Part shown: positions 52,392 through 64,000 of the stretch, piece after piece
How the letters are laid out: every line of letters begins with the position of its first letter
Numbering within the stretch: the stretch's first letter is position 1
Source of the DNA: Monocercomonoides exilis PA203
Taxonomy: Eukaryota > Protista > Preaxostyla
Assembly (NCBI GenBank): GCA_001643675.2
Contig: LSRY02000009.1
Location: 1,860,001 to 1,924,000 of the forward strand
Direction of reading: 5' to 3'
DNA length: 64,000 nucleotides
Program-made: the position numbers and the translations under genes
Notes under the pieces: generated by a model
What the model saw: only the letters and a program-made list of their open reading frames with translations
Database searches by the model: none
What the model was told of the DNA's origin: nothing

Positions 52392-53875
52392 GGTTATTGC
52401 ACAATATACGACCGTTTGAAATTCTGTTAAATATAACAAATACATAGCACATTATATCTTTCTCGATCAATATTTTTTACAGATTTCTTGCGGAAACGTG
52501 AAAATTTTTAATTTCAAAAAAATGATCAAAATCCCATTTGCCTAAATAAACAGATAAAAAATTTTGTTTTTCAGTATTTATTATGAAACGAATAATGCGA
52601 TTAAATAATAATGAGTGAAAGTTATTGTTTTTTTGTTTATTCTGGCTCATTTTCAGAATGTTCAGCCCCGTCACTTCCTTCCAAAGAATCATCAGAAGTT
52701 GCTTCATCTTCAGTAAACATGACAGGATCATCTTCTTCGTCATCATCTTCTTCATTGTCTTCCTCCTCTTCTTCAATAAATTCTTCTGGTTTGTATCTGC
52801 AAATCGCTTTGACAGTTTCTACAAATGATAGCTCTCTTGTCTTGCTAAAAACAAATGAGGATATGTAATCGTCAATAAATTTTTTTTTTATACCATTTTT
52901 AGGCATTTCCCTGCGAAACTGACTTCAATTGCCTTCAATCATATTCGTACAAATTTCGCTTTCTGGATCATGAAAGTGAAACTTGTGACAAACAATTTTA
53001 TGTGTATACACTATCTCTTCCAAAGAGGCATACGCTTTCCATTCATCGCTATGAATTGTCGTTCCAGGCAAAATATTGGCTTTGATGATTAGTATAAGTG
53101 TGTTTTTTTTCCTGTTTGCAACAAGAACGATAAAAAATTTTCCATTTTTCCTTCTGGATTTCTTTGAACTGCTCAAAATAACCATATTTGCTTTTTTAAA
53201 CTTCCTTTGTGAAATTTCCTTTTGTGCAAAATCGCCTCGTCTATTTCTACGATTGAATCCAGACCTCTTAGTGGTTCAAATGAATTCACTGCAATTTTGG
53301 ACATAGAAGCTGCACCCAAAGAATAATAAAAACCTGCAGTATTCCTATGAATTCCAAGAAGAAGAGAGGTTTGAGTAATTGATAATTTTATCCATTTATA
53401 TAACAAGATGTGCATGATTTTGTTTAATCCGACTTTTTGATTTTCAATGGATAAACCTGCAAGTAAACTAATTGTTCTGTCACATCTGTAGCATCTCCAT
53501 TGTCTTGAGTTAGGATTTCTTTTACATAAAGACATTTCTCTTCTGCATTGTCTGCACTCTTTGTATCTTGCATCCAAAACATCCCTTTGAAACCAGTCCC
53601 ATGTATCATCAGTACTGTGGAACATTTTGTTCAGATGATGTATTTTCATTTCATGATCTTCCATTTCCATTAAAAACAATTGATATTTTGAAAATGTGTT
53701 GATCAAAAAATTTGATCATTCCCACTAAACATATTTGTATTTACTGATTTTATTTTTAATTTTTTGTGAGTTTCCGCATTAATTTATAATTTTAAAATAG
53801 TGTGTGTGTTTGTAATATATCTCAATAAACCTTTTCATGAAATATCCAAGCCGGTCGTATATTGTGCAATTAACC
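52392..53875 (-). mobile_element. Merlin (IS1016/ISXO2-like) DNA transposon
   Basis: TIRs GGTTA(A)TTGCACAATATACGACCG at both ends. 7-8 bp direct repeat (C)GTTGGTT on both flanks. Confidence 0.9.
52637..53706 (-). pseudogene. Merlin/ISXO2 DDE transposase pseudogene
   Basis: N-terminal CxxC..CxxC. VEIDEA, PGTTIHSDEWKAY, H..V.H...F.DP and TNMIEG motifs. Two TGA stops and frameshifts. Confidence 0.88.
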
Positions 53876-56800
53876 GTTGGTTTTGTAATTTAACAACACT
53901 TTTGATGTGATTCGAATAAACGATAACTTAAAATGTATTATTTTATATTTGTCAGATTATTCACAATTTGTTTGAGGAAACAAGTTGGAGCTTGTTTGTG
54001 AACACCTAAATTTTATTTTTATTTCTTTTTATATGCATTTCGCATAATCGATAACAAAAATTCATTCAAAAGTGTTTTATTTTCATTTATTCTTCTCTTA
54101 CCAAAAAAGTGAAACGATAAAAAAAGAATCATCAAGAATATTTATTTTATGCTGTCTTTTTCAATTCTTCAATAAATCTCTCTTTTCATCACAAATCCAA
54201 CAAAGAAATAATCTAATTGTCTTGATAACTGGATATCCTTTCGTCACTTCCATTGCTTTGCTTTTACACTGTCTTCTCTGCTCCTTATTTTTCTGCATCC
54301 AAATAAGTGCTCGGCTCAACGCTTCAGCAAGAATTGTAGCGAACGGATCCAAGTGCTGAAGAAGACGCAGATGAGAATTACTTGCAGAATCCAGAGCAAA
54401 GAAAGAAAGAAAAAGAAGAAGCGAAATCAAAAATGCAATAAACCGCAAATCGATGGAAGCTTAAATTAATGAGTTGACTTCTGCCTTTGAAAGTGCTGCA
54501 ATCCAGTCACCTGGATCTTGTTTTCTGTCACTTCACTTGTGTGCTTGTCCGCCTTGCTCCTGAAAAGTCGATCTTCTAATTTCCTCTTTATTTTCCTCTT
54601 TTTCATCTTCTGCACCAAACTTCATTTCTCTTTCTGCTTCGGCTCTCTAACACTTTCCAAGAAAAAAATTCATTTGTGGCTTCCTCATTCGCTCAATCAT
54701 TCCAATAAAGCATTCCAGTCACATCCTGCACAATCCCCAAGAGCAGCAGCAAATAATTAAACAGATCAAACAGATTAAGAAGATATGTGGCTTTGAATTC
54801 TCATCATATTTGATCCCACTCCTGCTCCTTGCGCCGTATCATACGAAGGTGATGAAAGCAGAGAGATTTGAGAAATTGAGAATACTCCAATAACATCAAA
54901 TCACACATCAAGGTGCTTCGAAGCGTTTCCTGCAAAAGTTCACTCGCACAATTTGCCATGCACAAAGAGGAAATGATTAGCATCTGTATTTGTCAATAAA
55001 CTTTGCAGATTGAATTCTAAAGGAACGAATTCACATGTATTTATCAAATGCAGTTCTTGAAATTGAATAATGGTTTAAAAAAATTTCTATTTCTTTTTTG
55101 AAAAATTGTTTCGTTGAAAAAATGAGTCAGAATAATTAATAAATTGAAATTTGTTATTATTAAGTTAAAGATATTGCATTTATAAAATTAACTGAAAAAT
55201 TTTATTTACTGACAAGTATTTTCAATCACTTAATTACGTGACAATTAAAATTTTTTTGTAACACATGTTTATTCTGGTTTTAAAAACACGATAACAATAA
55301 TTACGATAACGTGATAAAGTGATCTCATTTCCAAATATTTGTTAAATAATGTTATTGAAAATGAAAAAAATTAGATTGGTTGAAATCGATTATATAAAAT
55401 GAAATCTGTCAACTTTCAACAGTTTATCAGCTAATTCGCAATCGTCATTTCCATCAGTTGTTTCTCCATCAAATGCATCGATTTGCTTCCCTTCCGAAAA
55501 ATGTGATATGGGTAATTATTTTTGGGATCATACTTTTTTTCGGGATAAGTTAAAGATTATGAAAAAACAGTTTTCAAACATCAAAAATGCTTTCAGGCAT
55601 CATGAATAATATCAATCATCAAACTTCAAGTCAACAATAATGAAAGAAAAATAGTTTATATATGATTGTTATTGGATGACCATTATAAAAAACGCAACTT
55701 GTTTAATATTTGTCTTTTTTGATGAAAAACAATTTTTACGGTTCGCACATATTTCATGAATGTTTATGATCAATAATGATGATGTTGCGCAATCCAATAG
55801 AAATGCAATCATTTCAATTTGGAAAAATTTTGTCAAATGTTTCTGTTTTATATAATCGTGAACAAAAATGAAAAACAAAACCACTTTATTGTTTGTTTCA
55901 AATATGCAACAACACTGTCTATTATTGTGTCAAACTTTGCAATAAATTGAGTGTCAGTTGTTTATAAATCTTTTAATTCTCTCATTTAACCGAATATTAT
56001 TGTTGTGATAACAGTTTCATTGAATTCCATATATTTCTCGTTTTTATTTTTTCTTTTCTTTAAAACTGGATTTTTATTCTTCACAATAATTATCAATTCG
56101 CAGTTAAAAAAATGCTAATAATGTTTTTTAAAAATACAATATGTCTGTGTTTCTAAGTCCAAAAGAAAAATTGTAACAATATTGAATTTGAGACTCATTT
56201 TATCAAATAAATTTATTGCAAACAGTTCATTTCAAAGTGAGACATTTTGAGATAATTTCACTCCATAAACAGTTACTATAAAGTTCTTTTTATAATTGCA
56301 TTTCTTTTTCTTTTTTTTTATCTCTCACTCTCTCTTTTTTCTTCTCATTCTTTTCTTCAGTGCCTTCTTTGGCCTTCTCTTCTTTTCAGCCTTTCGCTTC
56401 TTTCTCATGTTTCTCTTCTGACTATCCTTGCTTATCTTTTTCTTTTCCATCATCTGGGCTATTTCCTAAAATTCCTTATCTTTTTGCTCTTCTCTCTTCT
56501 CTCTTCCTCTTCTCTTCCTTTAATTATTCTGTTTTCGCTTTCTCTCTCTCTTTTCCAGCTGCTTCACAAAATTTTCTTGATGCACCTTCAGAAGCATCAA
56601 TAACGATGATATTGTGTGCAGATCCTGCCAAAACGGTAGTTCAAGCCTCCTTTCTTTTTCCTCGCTTTCTCTCCCTGCCTCTCTTTCATCCCTTCTTCAA
56701 TGGTTTCCATGAATCATCACAGAAGGAAGTGGTGCATGTGATGTGCTCATCTGCATCTGGAAAATGAATAGTTCTGGTTGCAGAAGGCCAAGAAGTGTTT

Positions 56801-59800
56801 GTTGAAATTTTTATTGTTCTCTATTTTTGGAGAAAAGACGGAAGTGAAATTGTATCTTCGTTGGAAGGGCAGAGGAAGCGAATTTGCGCGATGAGAGCGG
56901 CTTGAATAGCTGAGATGTCACGCAGGAGATGAGATAGGAAAATTGCATATTCTGAAAAGAGTCAAAAAAATCATGGATAAGAAAGAAGAAGAAGAAGAAG
57001 AAATGTGAAAACAACAAATAATAAAGTTGTTTCATGAAAGCACAAAATTTCTAATTAGAAAAAAATCTATTCTGATCCTTCAGTACATATACATAAAATA
57101 AAAAGTTTCGAAAATCATACTTAATAACTCCAAAAAAATGCTATTATTACCAATCACACATATTTCACATTTCTGTTCGTCTGTCTTTGCCACATCTCCT
57201 CTAAAATCCGTCCATAATGAGAAATATGTAAAAATTGTTAAGTCAATTATCTTTACAGTAAACTTTTGAAGATGTTTGCACCAGATAACCTCAAATTTGA
57301 AGCATCTGCAAAAGAATAAGGAGAAGTTGAAACAGGAGAAGAAGAAAATATTGGATATGCCTGAGAAGTTTGACTGATCGGGGAGCTCACAAACTGTGGC
57401 AGCTTTTCGTTCTGCACAAATTCTTTGCTTGACTCGTTCTCCTTCTTCAAAATCCTCTTTTTCTCTTCAATGCGTCTCCTCAACTCTGATTTCTAATTCA
57501 ACTTCTCAGTCATCTTCTCGCCTGTCTTTTCTCCTTCATTCAGCTTCCTCAGCTCCTCATGAAGTTTTGCCTTTTCCTTTTCTGTATGCTCTTTCCTGAA
57601 CCTCTTCAACTTCCTTGTCACTTTTAATAACTCTCCATTCCACTTTGTCATCTCCTGTTCCACAAATTTTATAGAATAGTATCATGTACTGCTTCATAAC
57701 AGACACAAGCTCGTCAAAGGAGGAGATTATCTCTTGAAAGTTGACAAGCTGAATTTTGTTGACCAAACTGGTTTTTTAACTTGGAAGGAAAGAGGCTGCA
57801 TTGGCTACTCATGGATGATATTGTAAATTGAAAAAGTGGATGGAAGCGAGGTTAGATGATAAACAGTGTTCACTAATATGTCTTGTGGGCTGCTTTTACA
57901 GTTTGTGACTTCTGAGACACATCTGCAAAAAGATGAACTGTGGTAATAACTTTTGAGGTATTTGACTTTTCTGAGTTCTTTGCTTTCTACTCCTCCTCTC
58001 TCTGCATAATCTCTCGTTTGTACTCCTCAATCATCATTCTCCTCTTTTCTTTGTTGTTCCATACCAGCTTTTTCATTTGCTCCTCAAAACGCTATTCCTC
58101 CCAGAATATCATCGTTAGCAACAACATTAACAACAAGTGAGTCAAATGCAACGTAAGTTTCGCCTTGGTAAGTGTATAAATATTGTGTATTGACATTGGT
58201 TTATACATATAATGCTTCAGGTTCGTATCATTCTCCTTCTTCTCATGCATCTGCTGCATTTCGGTCTTCAGCTTCTCCTCTCCATCATCCCCCGGTAGCC
58301 ACAGTTAGTCAACAAGATACTTTTTTTCCACTTCATGAAATATTTGCTTCCACGAAGCCACTTCGATTGCCTTATCGTCTTCTCTCCTTCCGTCTTCTTT
58401 CCATTCGCTTTGCACCAATCGCAGTGCCCTCATCTCATTCGCTGCCTCGTGGTGTTGTAGCTCGATTTCTGAGTCCTTCTTCTTTTCTTTTTCTCTTTCT
58501 TTCTCATTCATTATATCTTATGAGCAATTTCTCAACGCGCATTGCACTCATCTCACGTTGTTGATCTCTGTGAATGTCTTTCCTTACAATCTGACAGAGA
58601 AAATTTGAAAATCTTGACGAAAAATAATTGGCGCCTGCGCCGTTATCGTATCGCTGATGCTGTAACATAAGATTATTTTCTTCTTTGGAATGAAGAGGAG
58701 GAGGAAAATAAAAGGAGGAGGAGAAGAGGAGGAGTAGAAGAGGAAAGAGAAGGAAGAGAAGAAGAAAAAAAAACCAGATTATTTGAGAATACAACTAAAG
58801 TTAGATCAGATGGAGAAGAAGAAGACATGAAATTTCATTATTAAAGTTGTCATTAGTGAATTTCACAAATAAGTTAAACACTATCACTCACAAAACGGGA
58901 ACAAAGAAACTTTCCTTGAAAATATTATTATATGAATAACATTTATTCTTATCATCAAAAAAAAGCAATTCAGATCACATATATGTAAAGAAAGAAAAAG
59001 AAAGAAAAATCTTTTTTCAAATATTAGTGTAAATGCGCTCAAACAAAAAAACGAAAAAATGATGAATAAAGCTTAATCAGCTTCATGATAAATCGAAGCA
59101 ATATGATGTCAATAACAAACTCCGTCATAAGATTCCCGTCGATTTTTCTGTGATTTGTACATAATATTCAAAAGCTATGTTTTCAATTGGATGCTCATCT
59201 TTGGACTTTCCTTCGCTCTCTGAATTCTGTTCTTTTTTTCGGATTCTTTTATCTCCGTTCCTTTCTTCGTTCATTTTCACTTATTTCCTTATTAACAAAA
59301 CATTTATCTTTGCATTCAAAATCTTCTTTGCATCAAAAAGTGAATTCCAAAAAATATTTTTGTCTCTATTGAAGTGTAATTCATCATTTAGGTAATATTT
59401 ATGAATCTTTTTTAGCGTTTTTCCGTGCTTCAAAAACGCTTCGCAGGCATTTCAATTTTCTGAAAAGAAAGCGTTACAGCAAATTGTTGAAAAGCAACAG
59501 TTGTATTTATAAATCATTCACAATTGATTTTTTAAACAGAATATTATATTGTTGCAATGAAAACAAACTATATGAATTACCTTTTTGATCAATGTCAATA
59601 GATAAATCATTCAATGATTCACTCCTCAATTGAGAATTATTTATACAAATATTATCGTTTATTCAAAGCAAAATCAACAAAAGTTCTGGTTTTTATTTCA
59701 ACGTTCCTTAAATTACTAATCCAATCTGCTCTGAAAATGTGTAGAAAACTTGTGAATAATTACTCAATATTAATATTATACTTCTCTTGATCTTTTAACT

Positions 59801-59955
59801 GAACAAAAAATTAATTGAAAAACGAATAAATAAAATAGAAAGCAATGTGATACATTATAAAAAAACATCAAATGTCGACATTTGAAAAACAGAAAAAAAA
59901 ACAAAACTAATGAAAAAAAAGAATTTAAATATTGAAACGAATTTATTAAATGATT

Positions 59956-60131
59956 GTCTGCCCTGGGAGGCTGATTATGGACCCAAAACCTTCAAGGGAC
60001 TGTGCTGGACAGGTCACAGCACAGTCCCAGGACGGAATCAGCCTAGCCCCATTTATTTCACTCAAGAGCGAAAATTGGGGTACAAGAAAGCATTTGTTGG
60101 AAGCAAACACTTACTGGCTTGAGCAGCAGAC
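59956..60131 (-). ncRNA. 176-nt structured RNA element, copy 2
   Basis: Homolog of 12093-12268. GGGAC...GTCCC replaces GAAAC...GTTTC in the same stem. Confidence 0.65.
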
Positions 60132-60259
60132 GAATCAAAAAAACGTCGTTCGTTTCAATTTAAAATTCAACAAAAACAAAATTACTCATCAAGAAGACCA
60201 GAACTTTAATATCAAATTGTATCCTATTTTTTCCTATCATTTAATAGTTTTCTTGTAGC

Positions 60260-63200
60260 ATTCCCTATTTCAAACATTTCTGTTTTGCGAGAATATTTTT
60301 TTGAGGATTATATCATCCTTTCATCTCTTGTGCTTTTTTCAAGAAAGTTCATTAACTCTTTTCCTCGGGAATCTTGTGGTGAACACACAGATCTGAAAAT
60401 TTGATGACCTCGTTTCTCATAGAACTAATACGTCTTTATGGGCTTCGCTTCAATTTTCCTCCGTCGTATTTTGTTTCCAGAAGAGTGTCTGAGTTTGTAA
60501 AGAAAAAGAAGAAAATAAAAACAAAATTTACATAAGTGTATCACACTTGACAAAATATCGCGTTGTCTTTTGATTATTATCCGAGTTGTTTTGGAGGGAA
60601 TCATATGAGTCATCTGTATGGTCTTTCAGAAATTTCATAAGTTCATCAATATTATTAAGTGAAGATCCATTGGGCAAGTTATTTTTAACACAGTTTGTCA
60701 GATTCCCGAATTCTCCATCACATTCACTTTTTCCATGTTTTTCACTGAAAAAGGAAAGAGTTGTTCGTTTGCCTTTGACGGGAGAAGAGTTGTCAGAAAG
60801 GAGAAAATGCATAAGCTGGGAATACCGAAAGTGTGGCCCTGTATCACATTCAAAATGAAGAGTTTGCTTTTCTTTGACGATTTCATTTTCCAAAACTTGC
60901 TTCAGGCATTCAATGGTGAAACAGTAGTCGTGAGATAGAGCGTTTGAGAAGAAGTTAAAAATGTGCTTTTCTTTGTCTCCTTTCTTGTTAACAATGTAAA
61001 CAATTACACAAAAATGTGTGATTTCCTCTTTTTCGTAATAATCTCGGCTTATTTGATTTTTGCAAATTGGAAGCGTCCAATTTTCTTTAAAGTCGAACAA
61101 AACAAACGCCTCCGAAAAAGAAATGTTCTTTTTGATTTGATGGAAGTGCTGACGTTGATTTGATGCAAGAAAACGATGCTTTTCAATAAGCCTTATTGTT
61201 TGTTGCTCTTGATCATTCAATGTTTGTGATTTTGTTTTCAGATATTCTTCTTTTTTCTTCAGATGATTGAACATTTCACATAAGTTGCACAAGTCAGTTC
61301 GCCAAGAAGCCCTTTTAAGGAATTTTGTCTTTTTGTAAAAAGAACTTTTTGACATTTTTATATTCGTGGTTTCCATTAACTTTCTGAAGAGCTGCGCTTT
61401 TGTTGCATTGATGATGCGAACTTTTTGTTTTTTAATATGTGAATAAGAATTGTTTGGAGAACCATGAAAGAATGGATTATTGACGCTTGCATTTTGAGAA
61501 TCTTGATGTCGATAATTGTGAAGGGTTGAAAAGTGTTGATTAGGATATGTTGATCTGTTTTTTGTTTCACTCAATTGGATGGATATAATCATTTCTGGAA
61601 AGAGAGATTGTTTTCCATGTGGTTTTGAAAATGCAGTTGAATTATGAGTGAGATGATTATTAATTGTTGAATTATTTGTTTCCCAGTCATTTGAGTTCGT
61701 TTGATAATTGCAATTAGAAGAAAATTCGTTGGAAAAAGGAAGAAATGAAGTGTCTATTTCAGATGAAGTGGAACATCCGGAAGGTCTATTTGACAAATCA
61801 AATAAGGTCGATTTTTTATGGTGATTTTCTGATGAAGAATGAACGTTTGTAATTTCATCATATGTTTTTGAAGGTGAAGTGGAATGATGTGAATTTCTCG
61901 TATAAGGATGAAGTGAATAAGAAGGATCTTGAAATAAACCATCACAATTAATATTTACCGAACGAACATTTGTTTTCCTCTGATTCACGAATGAAATATT
62001 ATTAGAAAAAGAACTTCCTTGATGTGACAGTCCCAATTGGAACAAATATGGTGAAGTAATATCAGAAACAGGAATGCATCCACGATTCTCCTGAGAATAC
62101 ACGATCATAAACGGAATTGAACCTTTGTTTATGTGAGAGTTTGTTTCTGTTGTAATTTCGTTATTAATGAAGGATATTTCTCCGTCGTTACAAATATACC
62201 AACTATCTTTGGATGATGTACATTTTGGCGATGGGCATCTGCTTCTACACATTGCATAAAAATGTCCACAATCTTTAGATCCTTGATGAAAAAGCAAGGC
62301 TACCAAACTGTAATTGTGGGAATTCTCTGTATAAGAACGATGAGAAATCATCGTTCCATTTAATTCAGAAAATGAGATTGCGGGTGGAACATTAAATATT
62401 CTCTTTTGGTTATCAATGTCGGATTCGAGAGTGAATGTTAAAATGTGAGGGAATTGTTTTATTTTCATCGATGAAAATTGATTAGTAGTTTTTTGATATT
62501 GGACGCAGAAAGCTTCTCTGTTGTTGGTATTTGTTTAGCTTATCCTGAATGATTTGTTTAACTCGGAAATGACATCTCTCCCATGAAGTCGAATTAATGG
62601 GGTGGATTCAATCATTCCTAACTCTAACCTCCCGCATTCGTTGCACTTTCTGGGGTAGCAGATTTTGGCTGACATTTTATTTGTAATCATTGGAGTTATA
62701 GATGAAAGATCGCTAAACAAATTAGAAAATGTCTCATAGCATTCCTGTTGTTCACCGTTTTTGAGTCCATGCCTTTTTTCCCAGTTTCTTACGAAAGGCA
62801 AGGACCAAGATTGTGGGACATTATCATTGTTTATGTTAACTGAAAAATCCAACGGTTGAACAATGTCCAGCAAACGATGAAAATAGTGTGAAATTTTCCC
62901 TTTTCGAGTACAAAATCGTTCTGAGTGGAAATAAATAGAACGGAACACTTGTAACATTGAAGTAAGATAACAAGTGTTTCCCATGTTTGGTAACGGATAA
63001 TAAGTATTGTATTCTCTCTGTGTTCCAGTTTGTGCAGCGTGCTGATTATTCTGTGAACAGCATTCGATGATTGATCTGCAAGAAGAAATTGAGCCTTGAC
63101 TATTCTTTATAGAATTTTCATTGGTATCGTTGGAATAATGCAGTTCTTCATTTTTTTCAATCTCCATATTTTCTCCATTATTACTTTGCGGTGCTAATTC

Positions 63201-63940
63201 TGATAAATCCAAATTTATTTCCGGTTCGAAACAGCTTTCTTCATCCATTTCGCATTGAACGTCCAAAAGCGAAATTTCATCATCTATCTCCATGTGAATG
63301 AATTCATTGTTTTTTGAATTGTTGGATTCCTCTTCTGTCTGCAAACATTCGCTTCTTGTGTTGTTCTCTGTGAAATAATGATATAGAGGATCTTCATCTT
63401 CTTCCATCTCGTCGCTGCAGTTTATGATTTTGAAATCATCATCTATCTCCATTGAAGATTCTGAAAGTGATAATTCTTCAACACTTTTAATTAAAGTACA
63501 CAATTAGAAGACAAACTGTTATTTTGTTGTGACAACTTACAAATGCATTTCGATGATTCAGTTGAGTTTTCATTTATGAAATCAGTGAAAACTTTTTCAT
63601 CTTCTGGACTCATCTCTATGAAAATGTTAATATATAACAAAGAACAAATTTAAGATGAACAGTTTCACATTTTTTTCAATTAAGAATTAGATCAAACTTC
63701 GTTTTGATGGGGGAAGAGCAGCCTTTTTTGGAGTTAGAAAATCAAACGATGTGTACGAGCTATTATCCTTTGCGTGATAATAGCTTCCATGAGAGCATTC
63801 AAAGCCCAAATCGATCAATTGCGAGAGGGCATATTCCTGGCAAACACATTTTAAAAGCGTCACTTTTGTATGTGGATTTTCTTCTCGATTATACGCAGAC
63901 GCTAATCGCAAAATTACATATAGATTTCGATCTTCAGTAA
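60260..63940 (-). pseudogene. Diverged second USP-Sola transposase gene with nonsense mutations; 5' end near the window edge
   Basis: NMGNTCY, GEQQE, GHFYA, WYICND, LFDFKENW, CDTGPHFR and FFSEKHGKSECDGEFG motifs. Intron positions match copy 1. In-frame TAA at 62535, TAG at 60425 and further stops in the last exon. Confidence 0.85.
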
Positions 63941-64000
63941 TTAAATATTTTAATGAGTTTAATTAATATAAATTTAAAATAAGAAAAACAAAAACAAACC

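Noticed and set aside
62535-62537. In-frame TAA/TAG/TGA codons as evidence of a reassigned genetic code (TAR=Gln occurs in some oxymonads)
   Set aside because: The 1061-codon Gln-rich ORF has no internal TAR. The stops align to varied residues in paralogs (L, S, G, W), as expected for nonsense mutations.
1-64000. CRISPR arrays, rRNA, tRNA, TnpB/Fanzor nuclease
   Set aside because: No regularly spaced repeat-spacer array, no rRNA or tRNA signature, and no RuvC plus zinc-finger Fanzor pattern seen.

Overview
AT-rich eukaryotic DNA with short GT-AG introns and a standard genetic code. The gene families resemble those of the oxymonad Monocercomonoides (my inference, not a database result). The window is dominated by transposons. 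(1) Two DIRS-type tyrosine-recombinase retrotransposons: one complete with ITR/ICR ends at 5095-11396 (-), one truncated at 37318-42690 (+). (2) A Sola2-like DDD transposase with a complete USP/C19 deubiquitinase domain inserted in its N-terminal half: one apparently intact spliced copy (12349-16356), one pseudogene copy (about 60260-63940) and one degraded remnant. Both long copies carry a covarying 176-nt structured RNA and an 18-bp palindrome downstream of the stop codon. The first copy may lie at the end of a 17-kb TIR/TSD-bounded element. (3) Several non-autonomous TIR elements: a 1-kb palindrome, 240-bp and 396-bp MITEs, and a 5.8-kb cargo-carrying element. (4) A Merlin/ISXO2 element. 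Between these are five copies of an expanded helical hypothetical-protein family (mostly damaged), fragments of large surface-protein genes and low-complexity DNA. The best candidate for a new system is the USP-Sola transposase together with its conserved 3' RNA.
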